Part shown: positions 25,363 through 36,709 of the stretch, piece by piece | How positions within the stretch are numbered: position 1 is the first letter of the stretch | How the letters are laid out: each line of letters begins with the position of its first letter | Source: Felis catus | Lineage: Eukaryota | Reading direction: 5' to 3' | NCBI RefSeq assembly: GCF_018350175.1 | Contig: NC_058368.1 | Location: forward strand, 139,192,001-139,256,000 | Length of the DNA stretch: 64,000 nt | The notes under the pieces: model-generated | Databases searched by the model: none | The model's input: the letters and a program-made list of their open reading frames with translations, nothing else | What the model was told of the DNA's origin: nothing | Position numbers and translations under genes: made by a program

Positions 25363-25785
25363 AATAAGGGCCACCTCAGACCAGTTGAATCGAAATTATC
25401 TGGAAAATTTCAACCTGTCTACAAGCTAACATCTCCAACTTTTAAAATAAGGGCCACCTCAGACCAACTGAACCAAAATACCGGGAAGTGGCTCTGGGGA
25501 ACTGAATTTTTTTTTTTTTTAATACTCTCTAGGTGATTCTCATGGACCAAGAGGTTGAAATCCCATGAAGCAGATGCTGATATGTATAACATTAAATTAC
25601 ACTTCTAGAGAAGTGTAATAAAAGAAAATAACCTTTTATTCAGAGGCATGGTTATTATGATCATTTTTTTAAATTTAAGTGTAATAAAATTAGGAGAAAA
25701 GGATTTATGGTAAGTGACATCAACAGAGGAAAAAAAAGGAATAATAGCTTTCAAAACGTTTCTATCTCAACATATATTTAAAAAA

Positions 25786-25995
25786 AATGTTTTTAACGCT
25801 TATTTATTTTTGAGACAGGGAGAAACAGAGCATGAACAGGGGAGGGTCAGAGAGAGGGAGACACAGAATCTGAAGCAGGCTCCAGGCTCTGAGCTGTCAG
25901 CACAGAGCCTGACGCGGGGCTCAAACTCACGGACCGCCAGATCATGACCTGAGCCGAAGTCGGCCGCTTAACCGACTGAGCCACCCAGGTGCCCC
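25786..25995 (-). mobile_element. CanSINE
   Basis: Full length. Confidence 0.95.
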
Positions 25996-26140
25996 TCAAT
26001 ATATATTTTTTAAATAATGTTCATTCTATGAGCATTTATTGAAAATCTATGACATGCAAAGCCTTGCACTGTTAGGTGGTTTTTGTTTCTTTATTTTAAT
26101 GATAGGAAATGGCTCTTATCCTCAAAGTTGTTACAGTCTA

Positions 26141-26354
26141 GGGGCGCCTGGGTGGCTAAGTCAGTTAAGCGGGCCGACTTCGGCTCAGGCCATGATTTTA
26201 CAGTTTGTGGGTTCAAGCCCCGCATCAGGCTGTGTGCTGACAGCTCAGAGCCTGGAGCCTGCTTTGGTTTCTGTGTCTCCCTCTTTCTCTGACCCTCCCC
26301 AGCTCACACTCTGTATGCGTGTTTCTCAAAAATAAATAAACATTAAGAAAAAAA
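26141..26354 (+). mobile_element. CanSINE
   Basis: TSD aaagttgttaca(g/c)tct. Confidence 0.95.
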
Positions 26355-27048
26355 GTTGTTACACTCTGTTTAGGATATATAAATAACCTAGGGCTAGAAC
26401 AAGGCAGAAAGAAATGCCATACTTGAAGAAACAGCGCCACGGAAATGCTAAGGAGGTAACTCTACCAAGGGCTGGGAATGCAGAGGCTTTACAGAGAAAC
26501 TAGGATTTTAACTCAGCTTTGAAGGATGAACAGAATCTCAGTAGGTGGAGAAGTGGGGTAAGGGAGCAAGTTCCCCATTTGGAGAAGAGTAGGAGCAAAA
26601 CCTCAGCAATGAAAGAGTGTGTATAATTTATACCTCATTTTCTCCTGGGTCTACTGCAATGGGTCCTGACTGATCTCCAGCCTGTCCCCACCTCCGCCCT
26701 CCTGCAGCCCAGGCCTCTGGCCAGCCAAGAGGGCCACAGCTCTTGTATTTCCATAGAACAATGGGCAAGTCATTAAAAAAAAATATTCATTATTAGCCTC
26801 TATCTACATACTGTTCCCTAAATATTTATGCTTTTGAGATTTTTGTATTACCAAATCAATGTATGCTCTTGTATCAAATTCAAATAATATCAACTAGGAT
26901 ATCAGGATATCAAATAGGAAGTGGAAGCCCCCTTACAATTCAGCCCCCAGTGGTAAGCACTATTAATAGTTAGGGTAGGTATCCATCCAGTATCTCTGTT
27001 TATCTGTCTCTGTTTGCCTGTCTTTCTTTGTTTCTCTTTCTCTCTCTG

Positions 27049-27051
<3 letters not shown>

Positions 27052-27092
<41 letters not shown>

Positions 27093-27223
27093 TTATATGT
27101 ACATACTAAACTGTGTATATATACATGTATATACATATACATGAATGTGTATAGACACACTATATGTGCATATGAGTATAATAACTGAGCAATTGTTGTA
27201 AACATATATATATAACATATATA

Positions 27224-27269
<46 letters not shown>
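27052..27269. repeat. (CA)n and (TA)n microsatellites with TA-rich low complexity
   Basis: (CA)n 27052-27089, (TA)n ~27232-27269. Confidence 0.95.
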
Positions 27270-27270
<1 letters not shown>

Positions 27271-27905
27271 TTGATACATTTACAGAGAATCTAATGTCTC
27301 TAAATACAGGGTGTCTATCTATACATACACATACATGTTTACCTGTGAGGGGAAGTATGTATTACTCTCAGACTCTGACACCTTTTGCTGACTGCCCATC
27401 TCTTACCCGTTAAGGTACAAACCCTTAGCATGTTGTCTTAAGCCCTAGCAGTCAGGCTGCTGCCTACCTCCGTCTCCGGCTTCCTCTTCAGCCATTCTGG
27501 CTACTTTTGAGAAAGACTACAGTTGGAGAGAAATGAAATCATGTTCCTTCTGAGTTCATTCTTCAAAGCTGGGGTCCTTTCAGCAAGTGTCTTCGGATTG
27601 GTAAGTTGACATGACTTGTTACGGCAATAAGAAAAGACCTTGCGGGAAGCAGTATGAAAGCAAGACCAGGGACCTGCAGACAGGAAGTCAAGTGCCTGTG
27701 TTATGTGCTCCCTCCCCCACTCCCAAGGACAAAGCCCTCCCTCTTCCAGACTGACACTCCCACCCCCACAGTAGGACTTAACCTTGACATTGCTTCAGTC
27801 ACACTGAGGGCTTTGTGAACTGTGAGCAGTTCGGGGGGAACAAGCAGCTGTTTCACTTCTCTGTGCTTTTGCATATTTTCATTCCTCAAGTTGAAATGCC
27901 CTTAC

Positions 27906-28067
27906 CTGCCACCGCACCCTGGGCAAACGTGAATCCTGCACATCGTGCAGGGGCTTTTTTTCCAGGATGGAGGCCACGATGAGACATCCCCCACCCGGTG
28001 ATTTAGAAATAAGGCTGCCACGGAATAAAGCAAACAAACCATGTACACTGTGGATGCGATTAACCCC
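27906..28067 (-). other. Candidate internal exon, 162 nt
   Basis: Acceptor ttggttgtttttctcctccag|G and donor CAG|GTAAGG on the minus strand. Unique sequence with several CpGs; two of three frames are open. Confidence 0.4.
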
Positions 28068-28484
28068 CTGGAGGAGAAAAACAACCAATTGTGTATAAAT
28101 ATGTGACTGAAGAATTTTAAAACTCTTGCATTTCAAAAAAAGTGAAATAAAATAAAAAGGAGAAAGTGGTGCTGGGAAATCTCAGGGAGGAAATATGGGA
28201 AAAGGCTGTAATTTAATAAACACTTCATTGTGTTTGCCTTGCTCACAGTAAGACCATGCTAAGAGAAAGGTCTGGTAAACCTAGCAAGCAGTGGAGAGAG
28301 GGCAATGGGGAGGTACACAGAGACATGGGCTACCAGGTGTGTGTAATTTTCACTGCTGTATATTTGGCTAGCATATGGATCAATTACAATTTATCTCCGA
28401 TTGATAGAAGTTAAGATGGTTCTCACTAGTTAGCCATTATTAACTGCTCAACAGAAAGTCTCATCCATGTGTCTCCACTCAGGA

Positions 28485-28695
28485 TTTTCTTTTAATGTTT
28501 TATTTATTTTTGAGACAGAGAGAGACAGAGCATGAGCGGGGGAAGGGCAGAGAGAGGGAGACACAGAATCCGAAGCAGGCTCCAGGCTCTGAGCCGTCAT
28601 CCCAGAGCCCCATGTGGGGCTTGAACCCACAAACCGTGAGATCATGACCTGCGCCGAAGTTAGACGCTTAACCGACTGAGCCACCCAGGCGCCCC
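28485..28695 (-). mobile_element. CanSINE
   Basis: Full length. Confidence 0.95.
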
Positions 28696-28699
28696 AAGA

Positions 28700-29400
28700 G
28701 CTTGTATTTTCTAGAGTACATGTTTAGGAGTGAGATTACTGTATCATAAGAGGTGAGCCCGTTCAACTTTATACCATATAAGGTTAGATTTTCTTCAACA
28801 TGTCTGGGCAGTCCATGCTGCTGCCAGTAATGTACTAATGTTCCAACTGTTCTCATTCCTGCCAACACTTGGTATTGTTAGTCTTAAACGTTTATGGGGT
28901 AGATACAGGGGAAATGCTCCCTCATTATTGTCTATGCATTTCTCCAGTTACTATTGAGATTGCACATCATTTACATTTTAAGAGAAGACTTGGATCTCCT
29001 TTCCTGTTGGTGTCCTTTGTCCAGTTTTCTGCTAAGTTATTTTTATTCTATCTATTGTTTCACAGGAATTTGGTGTGTGTGTGCATGTGCATGGTTTGGA
29101 TATACTCTTCTGGTCCATGGCTTGCTTTTCACTTAAAGTCAGATCTCTGTGCCTCAGTTTCCTCATGTGCAAAATGAGGAGACTATTATTAAACAAGTTA
29201 ATATATGCAACATACTTAGAACAGTGCCTAGCATATAGGAAGCACGGTGTAAATATTTATCACTATTATTACTAGTGTGCTTTGATAAAAAGATTTAGTT
29301 ATTTTCTATAGTGTCTCTTAATGAATGAAAAATTTTTGTTTTAATGCCTAAATTTATTACTCTTTTTCTCCATGGATTGTGCTTTTTGTGTCTAACGGCA
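28700..29400 (-). mobile_element. Highly decayed L1 fragments with an inserted MIR (~29120-29270)
   Basis: L1-like ttctcattcctgccaacacttggtattgtta; MIR core ctctgtgcctcagtttcctcatgtgcaaaatg. Confidence 0.6.
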
Positions 29401-29517
29401 GCTTTTTATAACTTGTTGTATGCTTTGCCAAATCTATGAGTGTTTTTACAGTCGAAAAGTTTTCCATCAAGCACTCTGGAACCCATTATAATTGGGAGAA
29501 TAAGGAGGACACTTAAA

Positions 29518-29640
29518 TCATTGCTTCCGTCTTCTCGTTTTTGTTTTTTGCAAAGAACACACGAGATAGTAAAGAGAGCTTGCCAACAGCAGCATTGATT
29601 CAAGGGAAAACACTGATGAAAAAACAAAGCAGACTCCCAT
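29518..29640 (-). CDS. Candidate 40-aa small ORF MGVCFVFSSVFSLESMLLLASSLYYLVCSLQKTKTRRRKQ (unverified)
   Basis: ATG in context agaATGg just downstream of the TATA candidate; hydrophobic stretch followed by a basic tail. No homology recognised. Confidence 0.2.
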   Translation of the reverse strand: MGVCFVFSSVFSLESMLLLASSLYYLVCSLQKTKTRRRKQ

Positions 29641-29642
29641 TC

Positions 29643-29753
29643 TGACCCTGGAGTGAGACCTGCTGGATTTATATAGCCCAGTCTGTAAGTGTCCAAAGTC
29701 CTGGGGCAGTTTCCCAAGCAGGAAGCCTCGGCCAATCTGGTTCTCAGAGAACC
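29643..29753 (-). promoter_or_regulatory. Candidate TATA-box core promoter with HNF4-type, ETS and CCAAT motifs
   Basis: Minus-strand TATATAAA (29675-29668); Inr-like GTCAGA with A at 29643; TGTCCA-A-AGTCCT 29690-29702; CAGGAAG 29719-29725; GGCCAATC 29730-29737. Confidence 0.4.
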
Positions 29754-30664
29754 TCCCTTGAGAGTCTGGGGAGAAGGAATCACCAAGGGCCGCTTCTTTC
29801 CTCATGCAGCATCTCACTGGGGAGCTCAGCCTAATCTGGACATGGTCCCTGTGCTCTTGACCCTCATCCCAATGTCCAGGAGAGGGCACTGGACCCAAGC
29901 CTTCAACTGAAGCAATTAGATTCCATGATTCAAGTAGTGTGGCCCCAGGAGAGAAGGCGGGGGATGGGCAAGAAGGAATGCATCAGGTGTCCTGGGCAGG
30001 GTCCACTGGGGCCCAAGCTGTGGCCCAACCTCAGGCTATGAAGGGGTCAAAGTTGAGACTGAACCTCCAGCTGACAAGTTCTGGGAAGAGGCTGAGCCAG
30101 GCTGATGAGAAGCAGTGTATCTCTGAGCCCGCTGGGTCTTAGAGTCTGGCAAGGATACCAGCCTTCTTGTCTCCCTTACATTCAATTCCATTACAGAGCT
30201 CAAAGGGCAGCCAGCAAGGACCTGCTGGAAAACCAGGATGGCCCCAGAGGCAGGGGGAGAGGATGCTGACTCTGACGTTAGAAGGTCAGGAAGACTGTGT
30301 CTCCAACTGCTTTATATCTTCCCATCCCCATCCTTCATCCCCAAACCTAGCAGTTACCAGTCTATAATAAATAGCCAGGAGTCTGAATAAATAGTAAACA
30401 ATCTCCTAAATAGAGCATGTTGGGAGAGGAGGATCATTGCCTTTGTGTTTTAAAGGATGATGGCTGCTTTTCTAGACATTATCATGAATCCCAAAAATAT
30501 GCTTTAGGTCACTTAATTTTCTCTATAAAGCAAGACTTTTCATCATGGTGTCATACTGAACATATACTCGTACTCTTGTATGGTATTAAATTTAAAATTT
30601 TTATTTATTTTTTGTTACTTTTCCCCCATTTTCTTTCAAGTGGTTGCTTTTTCCCCCAAATGCT

Positions 30665-30667
<3 letters not shown>

Positions 30668-30708
<41 letters not shown>
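30668..30708. repeat. (TG)n microsatellite
   Basis: Seen directly. Confidence 0.97.
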
Positions 30709-30711
<3 letters not shown>

Positions 30712-31483
30712 CCAGAATTTTTCTTCTGCTGCTTTCGTAAAACTTTCTAGATCCAAACAGATCTCTGAATGTTTTACCAGAGACCGTGTCTGTTCAGTGA
30801 ACTGAGTTAATCTGCTGTTCTGTGAAATAAAACCTTACACATCACCTCAAGTATTGTAGTCATCTTGCAATGTCATTCTCAGTGATTGAAATCATTTCCA
30901 GTCCCCTCTGTGGCCGATTATTCCCTCCTGCTCTATTGAAGACATTATAATACTTGTGGGGAAAGTTTCATGGTTACAAAAGCAGGGGCAGTTACTATTC
31001 AATGGAGATTCTGCCTGACACAGAGCAGCACTGTCCAAACTCGTGGAGATCAAGATGGGCTGGATGCCACGGAACTGCACTTCATAGGACAACTCAGCTG
31101 AAGAGAATGCTGGGAAAGTTCCAAAGCTTTTTCCTAGAGAAAAGTCCACTTTGCTTAGATTCCCTCAGGACTCTCTTCTATTTGGGATTCCTCAGGGAGT
31201 ATATATTGAGTTTTCTGCCATTCAATTTGTACCAGAAATCTAGCCCAAAGATTTGATACTTAGGGGAGATCACCTATACTTTTCCAAATTTCCCTGGTCA
31301 CGAAATTCTTACTCGAAGACAGCATTATTCAGAAGCTTCTCTGGTTGAAGTGAGAAGGAGACATTCAGAACTTTAGTTTCTTGAAGGAGCTGATATACTT
31401 ATTTCTTTCCAACAGTGAAAGCCATGTATTGGAATATGTGTCCCTTGTTTCTCAGGCTGGCGAAGGTCAATGCCCAATTTAAA

Positions 31484-31692
31484 TTTCTTTCTTTTTTTTT
31501 TTTATGTTTATTTTTGAGAGAGAGAGAGCGCACATGAGCCGGGGAGGGACAGTGAGAGAGGGAGACAGAGGATCGGAAGGAAGCAGGCTTTGCACTGATA
31601 GAGAACGCAATGAGGGGCTCAAACTCACAAATGGTGAAATCATTACCTGAGCCAAAGTGAAAGCTTTAACCAACTGAGCCACCTAGGCGCCT
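31484..31692 (-). mobile_element. CanSINE
   Basis: tttaaatttc on both flanks. Confidence 0.9.
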
Positions 31693-32084
31693 CAGTTTAA
31701 ATTTCAATCATAGCATGTTTGTTAATGTTTGTCATTAGTACAGAGGCATTCTCTTTTTCCCTTCGTCTTGATTTTCCCTTCCTGTTTTCCTCATTTGCAA
31801 CTTATATCCCAAGCGTCTGCCTCCAGCCTAGATCCTCCTCCAGAGATTTAGAATCAACTGTCCTCTCAACATTTCAATTTGGATTATCTCAAGAATCTCA
31901 AACTCAGAACATCTAAAACTGCACTTAATTCCCCACCAAAAAAAAAAAAGAAAAAGCCAAACCAAAACAAAACAAAAAAATAAAGAAATTTCTCCTTGCT
32001 TTTCCCAGTCCCAAAGAATGTTAACCCCATCCATTCAATAGCCCAGTCATCCTTAATTCTTTTCTTTTCCTCACTCCTCTGTAT

Positions 32085-32860
32085 CTGTCAAGATATGCTA
32101 GGTCATGTTGCTGTGTATTGAACACCTCCCACCTCTCAGTGGCTTAACCCAAAGAAAGTTGATTTCTCGCTCTGACTAATGAGTCAGAGGTGGGGCTCTG
32201 CTCCCCTTTGTCACACTGCCTCTGGGTCCTAGGCTGATAGAGTAGTCACTGTCTGGACATTTCTGGTCACCACAACAGAGGGAAGAGAACTCTCAGAGGC
32301 TTCATTCATTCATATGATGCTGAGCTCAGAAGCAACACACATCGTCCTGCTAGAGATGATAATAACTCAGCTCCATCACCCAACTATGGGAGGCCAGGAA
32401 GCACAGCCCCACTGTGAAAAATCAATAAGAGCGTTAATGACTACCACGCTGTGTTAGGATGGACTCCCCAGAAGCAGACCTTGAGATGCCAATTCATGTG
32501 AAAATGGTTGGTCAGGAAGTGCTGTCTGGAAAAAAAAAACAGTATGGGAGTGGGAAAGAGAGACATGGAAGAGAAGAAAGTGAAGCAAATATCTGACATC
32601 AAACAAAATCCCATGAAGGGCAATTTAGGCTCCACTCCATGAGAATTCTGGAGACCGTCATACCTCAGAGCAATCTGGACAAGGGGCAAGGAATCTGGAG
32701 CAGTTCTACTGCTGCACCAGGAGTCATTTGCCAGGGCTCTGTAAATCCCAGGTACTTCTGGATCTCCTGGCCAGTAGTGCTGTTGGAAGTGAAAGCCCAT
32801 TAGGAAAATGGCAAAGGGATCTGAAAGCATACAGGTGGAACACAGACATTCTCTACCACC
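32085..32860. mobile_element. Old MaLR and ERVL LTR remnants
   Basis: ctcagtggcttaacccaaagaaagttgatttctcgctc (MLT1-like) and cccagaagcagaccttgaga (ERVL-LTR-like). Confidence 0.5.
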
Positions 32861-33139
32861 ACCCCACCTCCCCGTGCCAACAAATCACAACATCCTACTG
32901 GTTCTATCTCCCACGTATTTCCCAAATTGTCCCATTTCTCTCTACCGTGAGCGGCCTCATCCCTCAAGTACCCCTTGAGGCTATCATCCTTGATCTTCTA
33001 CAGTACTGCAGTCAGGATAGTGATTGGCATTCTTCACATCTCGGATCTAGACTTCCAACTATAGCGAGATTGTTCTTTCTGATTCATGTGGCCTTTCCCT
33101 AGTAACATCTCAGATTTGTCACGTCTGCTTTCTCATCAA

Positions 33140-33275
33140 GATACAATCCCCATTTTGCAGATGAAAAAACCGAGCCTCAGAGAAGTTTTTGCCAATAGTC
33201 ATGCAGTTAGTATTTAGTAGAGCCAGAATATGAATCTACTATATGTCAATTCTAAGATCTTACCCACTGTATTTC
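33140..33275 (-). mobile_element. MIR
   Basis: ccccattttgcagatgaaaaaaccgagcctcagagaagtt core. Confidence 0.75.
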
Positions 33276-34052
33276 ATTGTTTCTGGGTCATGATTAATCT
33301 GTCCACTCAACTCTGATTACTACTTAATTCGACAAACTTCAAATTCAATTTGTTTAAAGCCAAATTTATCATATTCTTTACCTCCCTTACCAAATGTCCT
33401 GCTCTTGAGTGCCCGATGTCAGTAATAGCTCTGCCATCTTTTGGGGTCACCCTTGACTCTTCTTTCTCTTTCTTTCCTTGTTTCTAGTGATTTCCACAGT
33501 GATAATACTTCCGATTTCTAAAGCCCATCACTGCAGGTAGGGCTGGCTTCTGTGCCCCACCCTGTGGTGTAGAGAGTACCTGACAAGTACCCCTATGTGG
33601 GAGGTCCTGGAGCTGGGCCCAACAAGGGCTCATCAGTAGTGGATATCATTCCAACAATATTCTATGCCAAGAAATGAAATCAGAATCCGGGGAAAGAAGC
33701 CAAAGCTGGCCAGTCAGTCTGCCAAGCTGGAAGTCTTGGACACAGTTATAAACAGAGGGAAAGAAGCCAATGGAGAGGGAGAGACTGATGATGGAAATGA
33801 ATAAAGCAGTAATGGATGGAATAGGGTCTTGGGAGAGGCAATGAAAGGTCTTGCCATGTGACTCTTCGGGAGATGGCTGACTCTGATGACTGGGGTCTTG
33901 AGGAGAAGGAGGTGTATGCCTGGCATATATAATAGGTGTTCAAAATAGTATTGAAAGACCTTAAGGAAAATCTCTGTCCCTTATTCCCTGGAGGCACCTA
34001 ATTTGAATTAATTTAGTTTTCCCCCCTTTAATCTAGCATTTATCTTCATATT

Positions 34053-34253
34053 TCTTTTTTTAAATATTTATTTATTTATTTTAGAGAGAGAGAGCATGGG
34101 GGAGGGGCAGAGGGAGAGAGAAAGAATCCCATGTAGAAAGAATCCCCACTCGGGATGGAGCCCAACGTGCACAGCTTGATCCCCCAACAGTGAGATCATG
34201 ACCTGAGCAGAAATCAAGAGTTGGACACTTAACCGACTGAGACGCCCAGGCAC
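34053..34253 (-). mobile_element. CanSINE (older type)
   Basis: Head, body, tail. Confidence 0.88.
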
Positions 34254-34299
34254 AGGTACCCCTCTTTGTATTTCTAAGTTATATATTTATACTGCTATT

Positions 34300-34515
34300 T
34301 CTTTTTTTCTTTTTCCTTAATGTTTATTTATTTTTTTTTTTTGAGAGAGAGAGAGAATGAGCAGGGGAGGGGCAAAAAGAGAGGTGGACAGAGGATCTAA
34401 AACAGGCTCTGTGCTGACAACAGAGAGCCTGACATGGGGCTCAAACCCACAATCTGGGAGATCATGACCTGAGATGAAGTTGGATGCTTAACTGACTGAG
34501 CCACCCAGGCGTCCC
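34300..34515 (-). mobile_element. CanSINE
   Basis: gctatttct on both flanks. Confidence 0.93.
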
Positions 34516-34652
34516 GTGGCTATTTCTTGATTTATCAATTTGAAACTATTAACTTCCTATTAGGTAGATGATGATTTAGTCTTTTACATGATCACTTCCT
34601 ACTTTGCTTCTCCAGGATAAAAAATTCTAGATGAATTAATAGTCAGTGTATT

Positions 34653-34748
34653 GGGTCTCCTGCCGGCTCAGTTGGGGGAGCGTGAGACTCTTGGTCTCAG
34701 GGTTGTGAGTTCGAGCCCCATGCTGGGTGTATAAACTTTAAAAAAACA
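34653..34748 (+). mobile_element. Short CanSINE
   Basis: tRNA head plus tail. Confidence 0.85.
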
Positions 34749-35294
34749 GCCAAAGTATTATTATGGCTGTGTAAATATGGATTAGTGATGAACCAATTAA
34801 TTACATATTGTATCTTTACAAATTTTTATGTTTCCAGGAATTAATAATTTTTAAAATTCTGTTTTTTACAAGCCTATCTTTAATGTTTTCCCAAGTGGTC
34901 CATCTGCTCTTCAAATACTCTCTCAGTAAAACTTTATTCTTCCCCACAGTGCACCAGCATTTTAGATAATCTATTCCCATTTTTTTCTCGGAGCCCCCTC
35001 GCCCCCCCAGTCATAGCACTCCGCCCCTATTGTAGTCTGTATAGGTTGCTTGCTGTAAAGCCCTACTGCATCACTATCATCCTGACAATTCCCCTCTCTA
35101 TCAAAGTATTTCTTCTGCTGTGTTTCCTTTTCCTGGATTCTTTTCCTTGGTTTGCTCTCCATATTTGCTGAAACACAGCTTCCGGCAGGCTTTACACAAG
35201 GAAAGTGTCTTAATCTATCCCTATGCTCGATTCATGGCTTGGCTAGGTAATTTTGAAGGCATTACCCTATTATCTTCAACTATTTTGAGTACTT

Positions 35295-36135
35295 AATATA
35301 TGCTAGGTGGCTTATGAACAACAGAAATTGGTTTTTCAGAGTTCTGGAGGCTGGAAATCACATAGCAGTCGGCTAGCATGGTTAGGATTTGGTGGGGTCC
35401 CTCTTCCCAGCTGCAGACCGATGCCTTCTACTCATTCATATCTTCACACGGCAAAGAAAGGGCAAGAGAGCTCTCTGAGCTTCCACTAATCCCATTCGTG
35501 AGAGCTCATGACCTAATTATCTCCTAATATTATCATATTGCAAGTTAGTATTCAACGTATGAATATTGGGGGTGACAAAAACATTCAGTCAACTGCAGGC
35601 TTGTCCAACACGGCTGTTTACTTTATCAAGCCCAAGAAAATTCTCTCATTCCAGTCTGCTAAAACAGAGTCTTTTATAAAATAATATCATCTTAGGAGTG
35701 AGGTCCCAACATCTTTTCCATATACTTCAACCTAATTAAAGGACTGATATCATACCACCTTTGCCGTATTCTTTTTTTTTTTTTTTAATTTTTTTTTCAA
35801 CGTTTATTTATTTTTGGGACAGAGAGAGACAGAGCATGAACGGGGGAGGGGCAGAGAGAGAGGGAGACACAGAATCGGAAACAGGCTCCAGGCTCTGAGC
35901 CATCAGCCCAGAGCCTGACGCGGGGCTCGAATTCCCGGACCGCGAGATCGTGACCTGGCTGAAGTCGGACGCTTAACCGGCTGCGCCACCCAGGCGCCCC
36001 TCACCTTTGCCGTATTCTATCGGTTAGAAGGAAGTCACAGGTCTTGCCCCCACCAAAGCGATGGGGATTAAACAAAAGAATGCACACCAGGAGATGGGAA
36101 AATATTGGGGCTCACTTTTGGGTCTGTTTGCCACA
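35295..36135 (-). mobile_element. MLT1 (MaLR) fragments interrupted by a young CanSINE
   Basis: gtggcttatgaacaacagaaatt...gttctggaggctggaa and cacctttgccgtattctatcggttagaagg motifs. Confidence 0.6.
35772..36000 (-). mobile_element. Young felid CanSINE
   Basis: Exact TSD cacctttgccgtattct. Confidence 0.97.
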
Positions 36136-36159
36136 AGGTACACTCTGTATATGTTTGGT

Positions 36160-36160
36160 G

Positions 36161-36237
<77 letters not shown>

Positions 36238-36497
36238 GAGAGAGAGAAGGGGTGTAAGTGAGCAAGGGGAAGAAAGACAGAAAGAATTCCAGGAGAGGCA
36301 GAGAGAGAGAAGCGGGGCTCACTCGAAGCAGGACTCATGTTTTTGCACAGTGGGGCTCGTGCTCACATGATCCGGGTCTCCAGATCACCCGAAGTGGGGC
36401 TCATGCTCACCTGAAGTGGGACTTAAACTCATGAACCATGAGATCATGACCTGAGCTGAAGGTCAGATGTTTACGGACTGAGCTACCCAGGCACCCC
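36160..36497 (-). mobile_element. CanSINE with internal tandem repeats and (TA)n tail
   Basis: TSD tgtatatgtttggt; about six ~22-bp units at 36311-36432. Confidence 0.9.
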
Positions 36498-36709
36498 TGT
36501 ATATGTTTGGTATTTAAAGTCTTTGTAACATTAAGAAAATTTGGCAAACTAGAGCATCCAACGGGTTAGCTTTGTGATTCCAATTTAAAATGAGTGGATA
36601 GTTGACTTAGATTAGAAATTTTGAGTTAAGAGGTATAAGAAAGAAAATTATATTGGACTATTTAAAAATAACATCCACCATACTCATATGTTTCATTTAT
36701 TACAAATAT

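Noticed and set aside
24932..25461. CRISPR-like array of repeated aataagggccacctca
   Set aside because: Eukaryotic DNA; the repeats are target-site duplications and a local duplication, and two of the three spacers are SINEs.
29741..29751. Apparent STAT5 GAS site in the candidate promoter
   Set aside because: The sequence is TTC-N5-GAA, not TTC-N3-GAA; kept only as a palindrome.
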